Assembly: GCA_963674965.2 (NCBI GenBank)
Contig: CAXXFL010000007.1
Location: forward strand, 128,001-192,000
Reading direction: 5' to 3'
From: a bacterium
GTDB taxonomy: Bacteria > RBG-13-61-14 > DATKZS01
DNA: 64,000 nucleotides
Of the stretch, positions 27,474 through 38,047 are shown piece after piece. The stretch's first letter is position 1, and each line of letters begins with the position of its first letter. The notes beneath the pieces were generated by a model. The model ran no database searches and had not been told where the DNA came from. It saw only the letters and a program-made list of their open reading frames with translations. The position numbers and the translations under genes were made by a program.

Positions 27474-28517
27474 ATGGCCATGACGGCAAGGGCCATATCC
27501 CTGGCGGCGGCAAGGCCGATCGTCTCGAGCCTGGACCTTGTAACGTGCGCGTTTCCGGCGTATCGGGACTTTTACTCCAGCCTGGTCAACCATGGAATCT
27601 GCGACGTGAACCTCGAGGCGATAAAAGGAAATAGCCGCGAGCTCCGGGTATGGATCGTCGCGCTCAGCGACGACGGGGTCTCGCCCGTGCCCGCCAGTCT
27701 TTTGGGAGAGGTATTCTCCAACCTGCCTCGGTCCTTTAAAAGACCAAAGGCGCGGGTCATAAGGCCGGTTACCAAAACCATCGATTACGAAAACAAAAAG
27801 CTCGGCGTGACTCTTCCCGCGGGAATCAGACCGTCCATTACCAGGATGGCCCGGGACAATGGACTCGAGCTGGCCATTTATGACGGGCGGATATTTCTCA
27901 ACGGCGTGGAAGCGGCCGCGGCCGACGACGACCCGAGCAGGGTCATCGCCTCGGGAATATTACAAATGACCGCCGACTTGAAGAAAACGAAAAACGGCGC
28001 CTCGATCATCGGAAAGTCCTCGCAGGCAAAGCGCTCGGACCAATATTTCGCCATCTCCGGAAACCGGCATCACCTGGAAAAGGACTTATTGTTCCACGAC
28101 TATTCGATAACCTACACGGTCGATCACGCCATGGACCTCATGGCCCTCGCCGCCATCAAGGACGCGGGAGCCTTCTGGACCCGCGTCGGCGTCGGGTTCG
28201 CGGACGATCCCTGGTCTGAGGCCGTCAACCTATTAGCTCCGCCGGGAGATATCTCGAGAGCGGGCATCGAGTCAAAAACAATAAGAGACCTCGGGATCAG
28301 GGAAATTTCCCGGGAGCTTGCCCTCGAGCACGACTTGACGCCAAGGGAGAGACAAGTGCTCGAGCTGCTCCTGCGGGGGAAAAGAAACAAAAGGATCGCC
28401 GACGAGCTGTCCATCGGCATGTTCACGGTCAAAACCCACGTCAGCGCCATACTGGGGAAAACGGGAAAGAAAAACAGGAGCGTACTTATTTCCGACGCCA
28501 TGGGAAAAAGGAAATAG
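27474..28517 (+). CDS. LuxR-type HTH regulator with unrecognised N-terminal region (true start uncertain)
   Basis: LTPRERQVLELLLRGKRNKRIADELSIGMFTVKTHVSAILGK. Confidence 0.82.
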   Translation: MAMTARAISLAAARPIVSSLDLVTCAFPAYRDFYSSLVNHGICDVNLEAIKGNSRELRVWIVALSDDGVSPVPASLLGEVFSNLPRSFKRPKARVIRPVTKTIDYENKKLGVTLPAGIRPSITRMARDNGLELAIYDGRIFLNGVEAAAADDDPSRVIASGILQMTADLKKTKNGASIIGKSSQAKRSDQYFAISGNRHHLEKDLLFHDYSITYTVDHAMDLMALAAIKDAGAFWTRVGVGFADDPWSEAVNLLAPPGDISRAGIESKTIRDLGIREISRELALEHDLTPRERQVLELLLRGKRNKRIADELSIGMFTVKTHVSAILGKTGKKNRSVLISDAMGKRK

Positions 28518-28648
28518 CGCCGCGTTCAGTTGTTTTTGCCGGCGACGTTAATAAATTTCCCGAGAAGACGGAATAAAGATATCATGGATCAAATCGCGTT
28601 CCTGGTAAGAAACGCGTCTTAAGCGCAAAGCATCAAGGGAGAACAAGC

Positions 28649-30469
28649 ATGAAGTATCTTCCAGTTCTTTTCATGGCCTTAATGGCCTCGGCCGCCTCCG
28701 CGTCGGACGCGGTCCCCTTTACGCCGGAGTTGGTGGCCCCTCTTCCGTGCGATTATTACACCGAAGACGACCCCGCCGGCGCCACCGGTATCAGAGTCAA
28801 TTTCCAGGACGGCGATATCAGGCCCGAGCTGCTGGCCGGGGCCTCGGTGGAGCTTTTGCCCCAAAGCTTTAATGACGCTGACGGATGGAGCGCCGCGGCG
28901 CCCATGGTCTTGCCTTTCCGGGAGAAGATCGACCACTCTCGCCTGCCGTCCACTCCCGAGGAATCGATCAGGGACGACGCCCCTATCAGGCTCCTGGACC
29001 TCGAGACCGGGAACCCCACGCCCTACGTGGTCCATATCCCGCCAAGGAACATTATCGGCAGGGACCCGCTTGAGACGGTCAGGCTCTATCCCTTCGCTTC
29101 TCTGGTCCCGGGAAGACGCTACGTCCTTTACTCGACCTTTGACGCGCCCTTAAAGGATAAAAGGCAAAAAGCCGTCCGTTTCCCGCTTTTCGATCTTCTT
29201 CTTTCAGGCCAGGAGCCGGGGGACGAAAGGGAAAAACGAGCGGACGAGAAATTGGGACCCTATGTCCAATACCTGAAAAAAGCCGGCGTGGAAATCGACT
29301 CGGTTCTCATATTCACCGGCTTTACCGTGAGAACGCGGGACAACGCCATAGGGGCGCTTGTGCGGGCGGCGGAAAAATCCGTCGCCGCGAGTCCGCCCTC
29401 CGTCAAAATCGATAAGGTCAGAAAAGTACCGGCCAAGAACCATTACTTCGTCACCGGCGTGATAACGGGACCCGCCATCATCGGTCCCCGCGGAGAGCTG
29501 CAAAAGGAGCATGGAGAGATATGGGTTGACGGGGAAATGGAAATACCCTTCTGGCTGTTCCTGCCCCTGGACCGACTCGAGAAAGACGGCGGCTACAAGG
29601 CGCCCTTAATCGTCTACTGCCAGGGCGGTCCCCCCGCCAAGAGGAGTCACTCCCGGTTTGAGACCAATCGCAAAAGATACATGGACGCCGGGTTCGCCAT
29701 GATCGCCATCGACTCCCCCAGCAACCGCTACCTCAATAAATGGGGCAATCCCACCCGGGCCCACACCTCCTTTCCCGAGACGATCAGGCCGGGCATGAAC
29801 GCGGCCGAGATGGCCCAGTGGGCCATCGATATAAGGACCGTGGTCACGGTCGCGAAAACGGGAGGGTTCGACGCTCTTCCCAAGGGCGCGCCCGACGGGA
29901 CAAGCGAGATCGATCCTTCCCGAATCGCCTACACGGGCATATCCTACGGCGGGATCAACGGGGCCGTCTTCACGGCGCTCGAGCCCCGGTTCGCGGCGGG
30001 GGTCCTGCAAGTGGGGGGCAATCAATGGGCCCGGTTGGCCGCGGAGCACCAGTTCGCCCGCGTCTTTGGCGATGGAGGGCTTTATCTTCCTTCGTCTCGG
30101 CCGGGCGAAAGGCCATATCTTCTCAACGCCGCGCAGTTGGCCCTGGACCTTGTCGAGCCGTCATATTACGCGCCCTGTTTGGGAAGGGGCGAACTTTTTG
30201 GGTCGGCCGAGTCTTTCCCGGTCCTGCTCCAGTGCGGGGTGCATGACAAACAGGTCCTGACCTGCGACTCCCTGGCCGCGGCCGCCGGCTTGGTCCAGAC
30301 GCCGGGCCAACCTTCGCCGGAGCCGACTCCCGGATCGAGATCGAGCAAGATGGGAGGCCCCATGTATCCCAACGGCCACGCGGTACCCGCGCTTAAAAAA
30401 GGAGCCAGGGATGAAAGGTTTGACTTCATTCGTGAAGCCCTGGCGGCCGCGCAAAAAAGGGGTGAATGA
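28649..30469 (+). CDS. Secreted alpha/beta-hydrolase (lipase/esterase-like)
   Basis: Signal peptide, GFAMIAID, nucleophile elbow GISYGG, late Asp and His candidates. Confidence 0.75.
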   Translation: MKYLPVLFMALMASAASASDAVPFTPELVAPLPCDYYTEDDPAGATGIRVNFQDGDIRPELLAGASVELLPQSFNDADGWSAAAPMVLPFREKIDHSRLPSTPEESIRDDAPIRLLDLETGNPTPYVVHIPPRNIIGRDPLETVRLYPFASLVPGRRYVLYSTFDAPLKDKRQKAVRFPLFDLLLSGQEPGDEREKRADEKLGPYVQYLKKAGVEIDSVLIFTGFTVRTRDNAIGALVRAAEKSVAASPPSVKIDKVRKVPAKNHYFVTGVITGPAIIGPRGELQKEHGEIWVDGEMEIPFWLFLPLDRLEKDGGYKAPLIVYCQGGPPAKRSHSRFETNRKRYMDAGFAMIAIDSPSNRYLNKWGNPTRAHTSFPETIRPGMNAAEMAQWAIDIRTVVTVAKTGGFDALPKGAPDGTSEIDPSRIAYTGISYGGINGAVFTALEPRFAAGVLQVGGNQWARLAAEHQFARVFGDGGLYLPSSRPGERPYLLNAAQLALDLVEPSYYAPCLGRGELFGSAESFPVLLQCGVHDKQVLTCDSLAAAAGLVQTPGQPSPEPTPGSRSSKMGGPMYPNGHAVPALKKGARDERFDFIREALAAAQKRGE

Positions 30470-30570
30470 AACGAGGTTGATAAGCGGTTCATGGCTTTAG
30501 AGAAGCCGGCAACCTGTCGCAACCTATCGTAACCTTGACCGGCCAGAGGGGCCGCGCTTAAAATATCCTC

Positions 30571-31677
30571 ATGCGAAAAAACAAAAGAGCGTTCAAAACC
30601 CTTCTTTTTATCGTCGCGGCCTCCTTGTCGGTTCCGTTCTTTCTGTCTCAAGGTTCTTGTCGGGGAGAGGCGGGAAGGATAGTCTTGACCGCGGCGGACG
30701 ATCATCCTCTTGATTACCCCACCACCCAGGGCCTGGTTTTCATGGACCGCTACTTAAGGGAGAAGACCGGCGGCCGCGTTTCCATGGACATCTTTCCCAA
30801 CAAGACCCTGGGGGAGGAGAAGGTCACCATCGAGCAGACCCAGCTCGGCATACTCGACGTGAACCGGGTCAACGTGAACCCCCTGGTCCAGATCAGTCCC
30901 GAGCTTGGGGTGCTGGCCCTGCCCTACATTTTCCGCGACGTCGATCATATGCACGAGGTCCTGGACGGTCCCATTGGGGAGGAGCTTTTACGCTCGATGG
31001 AGCACAGGAACATCGTGGGCCTTTGTTATTACGACTCGGGCGCCAGAAGCTTTTACAACACCGAGCGCGAGATTCGGGCGCCAAGGGACCTTTCCGGCCT
31101 CAAGTTCCGGGTGCAGAAGTCGGAGATCATGATCGACATGGTCAAGGCCCTCTCCGGCTCCCCCGTTCCCATGGCCTTTGGCGAGGTCTACACCTCCCTC
31201 CAAACCGGCGTCATCCAGGGCGCGGAAAACAACTGGCCCAGCTACGACTACACGGGCCACTTCGAGGTGGCCAGGTATTATTGCCTGGACCAGCACAGCA
31301 TGGCGCCGGAGATGGTGATAATGAGCAAGCGCACCCTCGACAAGCTCTCTCCCGAGGATCGGAGGCTTATCAAGGAGGCGGCCAAGGCGTCGGTCGAGTA
31401 TCAGCGGTCGCTCTGGTCGGCCCTCGAGCAAAAGGCCCAAACGAAAATCCGCGCCGCCGGCGCCGTGATCACCGAGATACCCGACAAAACGGCCTTTATA
31501 AGGGCCATGGACCCGGTCTACGAGAAGCACGTCAAGGACCCTCGCATGAAGGACCTGGTAAAAAGGATCAGGGCCGCGGGGGGGGATACCAAGACCGCCC
31601 TACCCTCTCCCGAGCCGGGATCATCCATCGATAATATGGAAAAAGAAGAAACGGACGCTAACGAGGGGCCAGGCTAG
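30571..31677 (+). CDS. dctP: TRAP transporter substrate-binding protein (DctP family)
   Basis: LPYIFRD, DSGARSFY, GLKFRVQ, EVYTSLQTGVIQGAENN. Confidence 0.92.
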   Translation: MRKNKRAFKTLLFIVAASLSVPFFLSQGSCRGEAGRIVLTAADDHPLDYPTTQGLVFMDRYLREKTGGRVSMDIFPNKTLGEEKVTIEQTQLGILDVNRVNVNPLVQISPELGVLALPYIFRDVDHMHEVLDGPIGEELLRSMEHRNIVGLCYYDSGARSFYNTEREIRAPRDLSGLKFRVQKSEIMIDMVKALSGSPVPMAFGEVYTSLQTGVIQGAENNWPSYDYTGHFEVARYYCLDQHSMAPEMVIMSKRTLDKLSPEDRRLIKEAAKASVEYQRSLWSALEQKAQTKIRAAGAVITEIPDKTAFIRAMDPVYEKHVKDPRMKDLVKRIRAAGGDTKTALPSPEPGSSIDNMEKEETDANEGPG

Positions 31678-31702
31678 CCGGCCCCGGGACCTCCCGCGCA
31701 AG

Positions 31703-32785
31703 ATGAAGCTCAAACGAATGGCGGCTAAGATTTTCGGTCGTAAGAATAATGACCGGGCGTCCAACCTGGAGACCCTCAAAAAGGAACGGGCCTCGGGACG
31801 CGAGCAGTTGGACGCGTTCCCCGTGGTTTTATATCTCGAGGCCGCGGCCATTTGCAACCTGCGTTGCCCCATGTGTCCCACCACCATGGGCATCCCGAGA
31901 GACCCTTACCGCGTCAAGATTTTCGACTTCAAACTCCTGCCCAGGGTCGAGCCCATCCTTCCCTTTGTACACAGGTGCTTTCTGTCCGGGGGAGGCGAGC
32001 CCCTGCTCCATCCCCGATTCTTCGACCTGGTCAAGGTCCTGAAGGACAATGGGGTCGAGACTTACTTCAACTGTAACGCGACCCTCATGGACGAGGAAAA
32101 AGCCGCCAAAATACTGGACCTGGGAGTGGATACCATAAGCTTCTCCATTGACGGGGCCACCAGGGAGACCTACGAGCGGATCAGGGTGGGAGCCCAATTC
32201 GACAAGGTCATCGAAAACGTGGCCAGGCTGTCGAAAATGAAAAAAAGCCGGGGACAGGTCACGCCGTATATCAACTCCCAGTTCACCGTCACCCGAGGCA
32301 ACGCCCACGAGATAGTCGAGGCCGTCCGCGTGGCTGCGTCCCTTTCCGTGAACCAGTTGGTGGTCGAGCCGCTGACCCCCGTGTTTTGCTTCGACCGGGA
32401 ATATGAAAAATACTATCGCGAGAACCTGGTCCCGTCCTCGGAAATTATCGGCCGGGCGCGAGAGGCCAGGGAGGAGGCGGAAAAACTCGGGGTCATTTTC
32501 TCCTCCCATTACCTTTTCAAGGACGAGTGCCCGGACCCGCCCCGAACCTGCGTCCAGCCCTGGACCACCCTGGGCGTCAGGGTGGACGGCCGCGTTTTCA
32601 CCTGCTGCGGGACCATGGAGCAGATGGGCGACCTGGCCGTCCAGGAAATCGGCCAGATATGGAACGGCGAGAAATACCGGTCACTGCGCCGGGCCGCCGC
32701 CTCGGGACAATTCCCCGACTTCTGCTCCCTGTGCCTCTCCGAAAACAGGGCCAACCATTTTAACGAGGACATCCTCCTCGATTAG
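31703..32785 (+). CDS. Radical SAM protein with SPASM/twitch domain
   Basis: CNLRCPMC, GGGEP, SIDG, CVQPW..DGRVFTCC..CSLC. Confidence 0.9.
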   Translation: MKLKRMAAKIFGRKNNDRASNLETLKKERASGREQLDAFPVVLYLEAAAICNLRCPMCPTTMGIPRDPYRVKIFDFKLLPRVEPILPFVHRCFLSGGGEPLLHPRFFDLVKVLKDNGVETYFNCNATLMDEEKAAKILDLGVDTISFSIDGATRETYERIRVGAQFDKVIENVARLSKMKKSRGQVTPYINSQFTVTRGNAHEIVEAVRVAASLSVNQLVVEPLTPVFCFDREYEKYYRENLVPSSEIIGRAREAREEAEKLGVIFSSHYLFKDECPDPPRTCVQPWTTLGVRVDGRVFTCCGTMEQMGDLAVQEIGQIWNGEKYRSLRRAAASGQFPDFCSLCLSENRANHFNEDILLD

Positions 32786-34008
32786 TCCTCATCGTACTGA
32801 AGGTCCACGAAGCGGCTCGTGGCCCCCTCCAGTATCGCCTTCTTCGTCTCGTCCCCCTTAAGGTACACGTCGAAGAACGCCACCGAGTACTCCTTGTAGG
32901 CCTCGGCCTTGTCGTCGAAATGGGAGCGGAAGCCCGGTAGCGTCAGCCGGGCCAGGGTTATGGCGGCGGTCGAGTCGGCGGCCGTCATGTGGTCCGTCTT
33001 CTTGAGCACGATAAGATACTTCGGCGCCGGCGCGTTGTCGTAGATCGTCTGGATAGGCTCGATGGGCACCTCGAACTTTTCGTCGTCACCGTTGATCAGC
33101 ATGATCGGTATCTCGAGTTCCGAGGCCGCGCGGCCGAGCTCGGGATACATGACCGCCGAGCTCATGGCCAGGGACGCCTTGATCCGCTCGTCGCGCATGG
33201 CGAAGGGGTCCATTTCCCGAACGTAATCGAGGCAGCACGGGTTGGGCAGGTCGTCCAGGGCCATGTCCTCGAAGTCGCATTGGTCCGGCGGGGGCTGCCC
33301 CTCCTCGCAATAAAATGGCATGCCCGAAACCATGAAGGTCGTAAGTCCGCCCAGGGAGTGGCCGCTCATGCCTATCTTGTCGGGATCGATCGCCCCGAAC
33401 AGAAACGAGGCGGGGTCCCTGTTCCAGGCGAGGACCGCGTCAATGGCCGCCGACACCTCGGCCGGGCGGTAGGCGAAATCGTACTGCCTTTCCTCCAGCA
33501 TGTCGCCGAAAAGGTCGAACACCACCTTGGACAGGTCGAAGTTTGACTTGATCACGCTCCGGACCAGTCGCCCTTCCTTGATCTCGGGCTCACCCGAGAT
33601 ATGGCACATGGACGCCTCCGCGTGGTCCAGGGCGATGATCACGTAACCATGGCTGGCCAGGTTCTCGTTATAAAAAACGTGCTGGGGCGCGCACCCGCCC
33701 ATGCCGTGAGAGAAGACTATCAAGGGGTATGGCGCCTCGTCGGCCTTCAAAAGAGGAGCGTCAAGCGCCGCGTCGCCGACGATGCCGGTGTTGTACTCGT
33801 ATTTCGCGGCCTCCCTCGAGACGTCCGCCGGGTACCACAACAGGGCCGGGGCCACGCGGCCGTTGGCCTCAACCTGAGTCACCCGGACCCCCACGGGGTA
33901 GGGACCGTCGGAGGAGATGGTCTTCCGGGCCTTCGCCTCCGAGTCTCCGGGCGATAATAACCATAATGCCGCTACCGCCAGCGCCGCTAAAACCTTTAGA
34001 TTTTTCAT
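32782..34008 (-). CDS. Secreted alpha/beta-hydrolase (predicted dienelactone hydrolase/PAF-AH-like)
   Basis: Signal peptide, LWYPA, PLIVFSHGMGG, GHSLGG, TDH. Confidence 0.85.
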   Translation of the reverse strand: MKNLKVLAALAVAALWLLSPGDSEAKARKTISSDGPYPVGVRVTQVEANGRVAPALLWYPADVSREAAKYEYNTGIVGDAALDAPLLKADEAPYPLIVFSHGMGGCAPQHVFYNENLASHGYVIIALDHAEASMCHISGEPEIKEGRLVRSVIKSNFDLSKVVFDLFGDMLEERQYDFAYRPAEVSAAIDAVLAWNRDPASFLFGAIDPDKIGMSGHSLGGLTTFMVSGMPFYCEEGQPPPDQCDFEDMALDDLPNPCCLDYVREMDPFAMRDERIKASLAMSSAVMYPELGRAASELEIPIMLINGDDEKFEVPIEPIQTIYDNAPAPKYLIVLKKTDHMTAADSTAAITLARLTLPGFRSHFDDKAEAYKEYSVAFFDVYLKGDETKKAILEGATSRFVDLQYDED

Positions 34009-34209
34009 TGGTCGACTCCTTTCCTTGGATTAATTATTATCCCGCCGGCGCTTGAATATCAAACCAAGCGACATGGTCCTGAGGCAAAGCCCCCCTTGGC
34101 TTTCTCTTCGTGGTTTTCCGGATGGCGGCGATCGGGGTATTATTTATACCATCTTTGTAGCCCCCGATGCCCGAGCGCGGATGGGGCCGGGCCAATAAGG
34201 GAAAAGGAA

Positions 34210-34650
34210 ATGGAAAAAACCGAAAGCGCGATTAAAGATTTTCTCGCGGGATATAGCTGCGCCCAGGCGGTCCTGGCCTCCTTCGCCCCGGACATGGGCA
34301 TGGACCGGGAAACGGCCCTGAAGATCGCCTGCGCCTTTGGTGGGGGTATCAGCCGCCAGGCCATGACCTGCGGGGCCGTGACCGGGGCCCTCATGGCGAT
34401 AGGGCTTAAGTATGGAATGTCGGACGTTTCGGACTATCCGTCCAAGGAAAAGACCTATAGATTGGCTGCCCGGTTTATGGAACTCTTTAAAATCGAGCAT
34501 CAAAGCCTGGAGTGCAAGAGTTTGCTTCCATGTGATATAAGTACGGACGAGGGGATTATGGAATTCCGGGAAAAAGGATACCTCGATAAATATTGCGCCT
34601 CCTTCGTCCGGACCTCCGTTACCATCCTTGAAAAACTTCTAGAAGAATAG
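34210..34650 (+). CDS. C-GCAxxG-C-C family redox protein
   Basis: YSCAQAV, FGGG..TCGAVTGA, two later Cys; AAGGA RBS. Confidence 0.88.
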   Translation: MEKTESAIKDFLAGYSCAQAVLASFAPDMGMDRETALKIACAFGGGISRQAMTCGAVTGALMAIGLKYGMSDVSDYPSKEKTYRLAARFMELFKIEHQSLECKSLLPCDISTDEGIMEFREKGYLDKYCASFVRTSVTILEKLLEE

Positions 34651-34662
34651 TGGAGGAACAAA

Positions 34663-36099
34663 GTGAAGAACTTTCGCGCGAAGACCCGCTACCTTGGCAT
34701 GTTGCCGACTTTTATTATCGCCTTTGTCCTGCTCGCCCCGCCTTTTCCCTCGAGGGCGGGTAAATGGGACGACGTAGCCGATCCTCTCGCGGTGGCCAAG
34801 GCGGCGGCGGACAAGGAGCTTTTCGGCCGGGTCATCGGGGACGACGCCGAGCGTCCGGACTTCAAGGTCCACCACGACCTTCTTTGGGAGGACTCGACCC
34901 TCATGGCCGGCGTGTTCGCGCTTTACGAGCGGACCGAGGAGGTCGGGTCTCCAGTACAAAGGTACGTGGATTATCTCGAGGCCTGGGCCGACAGGGACCC
35001 CGGCTATTACCTGGCGCCCATCGTCCACGGCGACCAGGTCTGCGCGGGCCAGACCTACGTCTGGCTTTACGAGAGGTCCGGCAAGACCTCGAACCATCTC
35101 TCCCGGACCGACGGCATGATCGATTTCCTGCGCAAGGGCCGGAAGTTCTCCCAGATCGGAACGGGATACGACCGGTATTGGATGAGGTTCTGGCAGGACG
35201 ACGTGCACATGGTGGCGCCCTTTTTGGCCATGCGCGGCGAGGCGGCGGGGGCCGAGGGCATACCCGGCGGGAGGGACGCCCGGGAGATATCCATGGACTA
35301 TTGCCGGGCTTATTGGGATATCCTTGGCGATGAGTCCACCGGCCTTATGTTCCACAATCCCCGCGCCCTGGGCGATTTTCACTGGGGCAGGGGCAACGGC
35401 TGGGTGGCGGGCGGCTATCTGAAGGTCATGCGGATACTCGAGCGCGACCCCGCCTACGCCGAGGACGCCGCCTGGCTCAAGGAAAGACTGACGGCCATGG
35501 CGGCCACGCTAAAGGACAACCGCAACGTGTACGGCACGTGGAACGCGGACCTTATTAATCGAGCCGAGTACGACGCTCCCGAGACCTCGGGCTCGGGTTT
35601 CTTCACCTACATGATCGCGAACATGGCCGGGGCCGGGGACCTCCCTGATGAATACAAGCCCGTGGCCCTCAAGGCCTGGAACTTCCTGAAAAGGAGCGTC
35701 AGGGACGACGGCTCGGTCATGCGCGTACAGCCGGTGGGAAGAGGGCCCATCGCCAAGGACTTCGAGTTCCATTCCGACACCTACGGGATAGGCTCACTCA
35801 TCCTGGCCGGGATCGAGATATCCAAAATGCCGGAGTTGGCCTGGACCGAGGGGGAAAAGGTCGAGTGCATGAGGCTTTCGCCTGACGAGTTGTCCATATC
35901 CGGGAACTCCGCCTCCATATCCGCCGAGGCGATCAAGGAGAAGGCGTCCGATTTTCCCGCGGACGCTTCCGGCCTAGTGGGGGCGGCCGTCTCGGGCGAG
36001 GCCCTGCCAACGGCGACGGCCGGCCCTGACGGAGGCCTTATAATCGAGGGCCTGCCCGACGGTTTCGAGGGCTATCTTTATCTTTATTACCAGCCTTAA
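34663..36099 (+). CDS. Secreted GH88/GH105-like unsaturated glycuronyl hydrolase with C-terminal extension
   Basis: WQDDVHM..PF, WGRGNGW, ETSGSGFFTY, YGIG. Confidence 0.85.
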   Translation: MKNFRAKTRYLGMLPTFIIAFVLLAPPFPSRAGKWDDVADPLAVAKAAADKELFGRVIGDDAERPDFKVHHDLLWEDSTLMAGVFALYERTEEVGSPVQRYVDYLEAWADRDPGYYLAPIVHGDQVCAGQTYVWLYERSGKTSNHLSRTDGMIDFLRKGRKFSQIGTGYDRYWMRFWQDDVHMVAPFLAMRGEAAGAEGIPGGRDAREISMDYCRAYWDILGDESTGLMFHNPRALGDFHWGRGNGWVAGGYLKVMRILERDPAYAEDAAWLKERLTAMAATLKDNRNVYGTWNADLINRAEYDAPETSGSGFFTYMIANMAGAGDLPDEYKPVALKAWNFLKRSVRDDGSVMRVQPVGRGPIAKDFEFHSDTYGIGSLILAGIEISKMPELAWTEGEKVECMRLSPDELSISGNSASISAEAIKEKASDFPADASGLVGAAVSGEALPTATAGPDGGLIIEGLPDGFEGYLYLYYQP

Positions 36100-36113
36100 A
36101 GAGGATTATCCGG

Positions 36114-37991
36114 ATGAAAGTTATTAAAGCGTTTATAGCCGCGGCCCTTATCCTGGCCGCCTTTTCCGCGCAAGCGGGCGCGGTCGAGATCGAGAGGGTA
36201 AAGAGGATTATCCCCGCCCCCAAGCCTTATGGCGAGCCGCAAGGCGCGGTGACGCCGGACGGGACTTTCAACGTCCGCGACCCGGGCGCTCCTTTTTACT
36301 CCGAGCGCCTGGCCGACGCCATGGGTCTCGACGGCGAGGGCAGGGACGCCGATGGAAACTACCTTGACCTGAACCGGGCCATATACACGGCCTATCGCCT
36401 GGCGGGAGACTCCGGCGCCCCCCGCGCCGTGCTTGTCCTCATGCCCGGCACCTGGGCGGGGTCCATGAGCATGGACACGGTGGCTCGCGACCTTCTGCGC
36501 CTGGCGGGCGAGAACGGAAAAAGCGGCCTCGAGGTCTGGCTCCTGGACCGCCGCTCCGAGCAACTCGAGGACCACGCGGGTCTGTGGTGGGCCATGCAAA
36601 ACGAGGGCAAGCTTTCGAACTCGGAGATAATCCGGACCATCTCCGATTATTATCGTCCCTTGTTCGAGCCGCTGGACGAGGGGACCGAGTTGATGGGACG
36701 CCGCTTCGTGCCCCTCGATCACGACTCCCTTCGCTTCATGGCCAACTGGGGCGCCGACGTGGCCATAAGGGACTGGCGGGCGGTCGTGCTCGAGGCCCAC
36801 CGCCGCGTGGGCAACGCCATCGAGGGGACCCTGGTGGAGGAGGCGAGGATTGTGGACGATTCAGCGGGAAGCGTCTTTATCGGCGGCCACTCCCTGGGCG
36901 GGAGCTTGACCGTGCTTTACGCCTCCTACGACTTCAGCCGGGACCCGGATACGGAGATACTGGGCATGAACGACGTAAGCGGCCTGGTCCTCCTGGAGGG
37001 CGGCTCGATGAAGCCGAGAAAGATAAGGGAGATGGGCGCGGAGAAATACCTCGAGTCCAATCAAAAGAGATACGAGGACGGCAAGGTCTACTTTGACATG
37101 GACGTGCTCGGCATCAGGTACGCTCCCTCCACCATGGCCTCGGTGGGCATCATGGGATGGGCTGCGGACAACGCCAGGGGAGAGCCATGCGAGTTTCCCG
37201 ACTATGCCCGGCCTAAAAACCTCAGGCTGCCCCGGATAACCAACGAGGCCGTTTTGGGTTACGCCATGGACGACGACGCCAGTCTCTTTTTCATCGCCCG
37301 CGCCTCGATAGGGACGCCGGAGGGAGACTTTGGATGGAACGGCCAGCTTCGTCCCAAGAGCTTCACCATTCATCCGGACCCTGGCGAATGCAGGGTGATC
37401 ACGCCATGGTACCCCGGCCACCGCGTCAAGGACCCTTCCTTTTTATATGGCTGGTCGAACCTTGACCAGGGACCTCATCCCGACGCGGACAACCCGCTTC
37501 GCAAGAAGTGCGGCCAGGACGACCCGGAGGTCACGGACTTTTACGCCTTCGCCCGGCTCCTTTATCGGGGAGTGGCCGAGTACGAGAACCAGCCGGCCCT
37601 AAGCCGCGGTCCGAACGACTTTCCCGAGTGGTACTTCCCGCCGAGGCTTTCCCATGACTCGAGGCTGATCGGCAAGAAGGCGGTCATGGACGGCGGGACC
37701 GAACTTTTCAACGCCACCGCCGTGAACGATATAGACCTTCCCGTGATTTCCCTCGTGGGAGACGACTCGATGGGGGAATTCTCGGTTCCCACCGTTGGAG
37801 AAAAGGACTTCGTCCCGGGTTCCCTCCAGCGTAAGGAAACGGCGGTCCACTTGATCAAGGGCTACACCCACCTGGATATAACGGCGGCCACGCGGAATTT
37901 TCAGGACGACCTGGACCCTCGATACTCGAATTACAACGCGCCGTCCGTGTATACCTACCGCTTTATCGAGCAAGTGGAAAGCTCCAGATGA
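36114..37991 (+). CDS. Secreted alpha/beta-hydrolase
   Basis: Signal peptide, LMPG, DRRSEQLED, GGHSLGG, GYTHLDI. Confidence 0.8.
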   Translation: MKVIKAFIAAALILAAFSAQAGAVEIERVKRIIPAPKPYGEPQGAVTPDGTFNVRDPGAPFYSERLADAMGLDGEGRDADGNYLDLNRAIYTAYRLAGDSGAPRAVLVLMPGTWAGSMSMDTVARDLLRLAGENGKSGLEVWLLDRRSEQLEDHAGLWWAMQNEGKLSNSEIIRTISDYYRPLFEPLDEGTELMGRRFVPLDHDSLRFMANWGADVAIRDWRAVVLEAHRRVGNAIEGTLVEEARIVDDSAGSVFIGGHSLGGSLTVLYASYDFSRDPDTEILGMNDVSGLVLLEGGSMKPRKIREMGAEKYLESNQKRYEDGKVYFDMDVLGIRYAPSTMASVGIMGWAADNARGEPCEFPDYARPKNLRLPRITNEAVLGYAMDDDASLFFIARASIGTPEGDFGWNGQLRPKSFTIHPDPGECRVITPWYPGHRVKDPSFLYGWSNLDQGPHPDADNPLRKKCGQDDPEVTDFYAFARLLYRGVAEYENQPALSRGPNDFPEWYFPPRLSHDSRLIGKKAVMDGGTELFNATAVNDIDLPVISLVGDDSMGEFSVPTVGEKDFVPGSLQRKETAVHLIKGYTHLDITAATRNFQDDLDPRYSNYNAPSVYTYRFIEQVESSR

Positions 37992-38047
37992 AGCGCGATC
38001 GGCGGCCTTAACGCGGCCGGTCCGGGGATTTACTCTACGGCCTTTTG

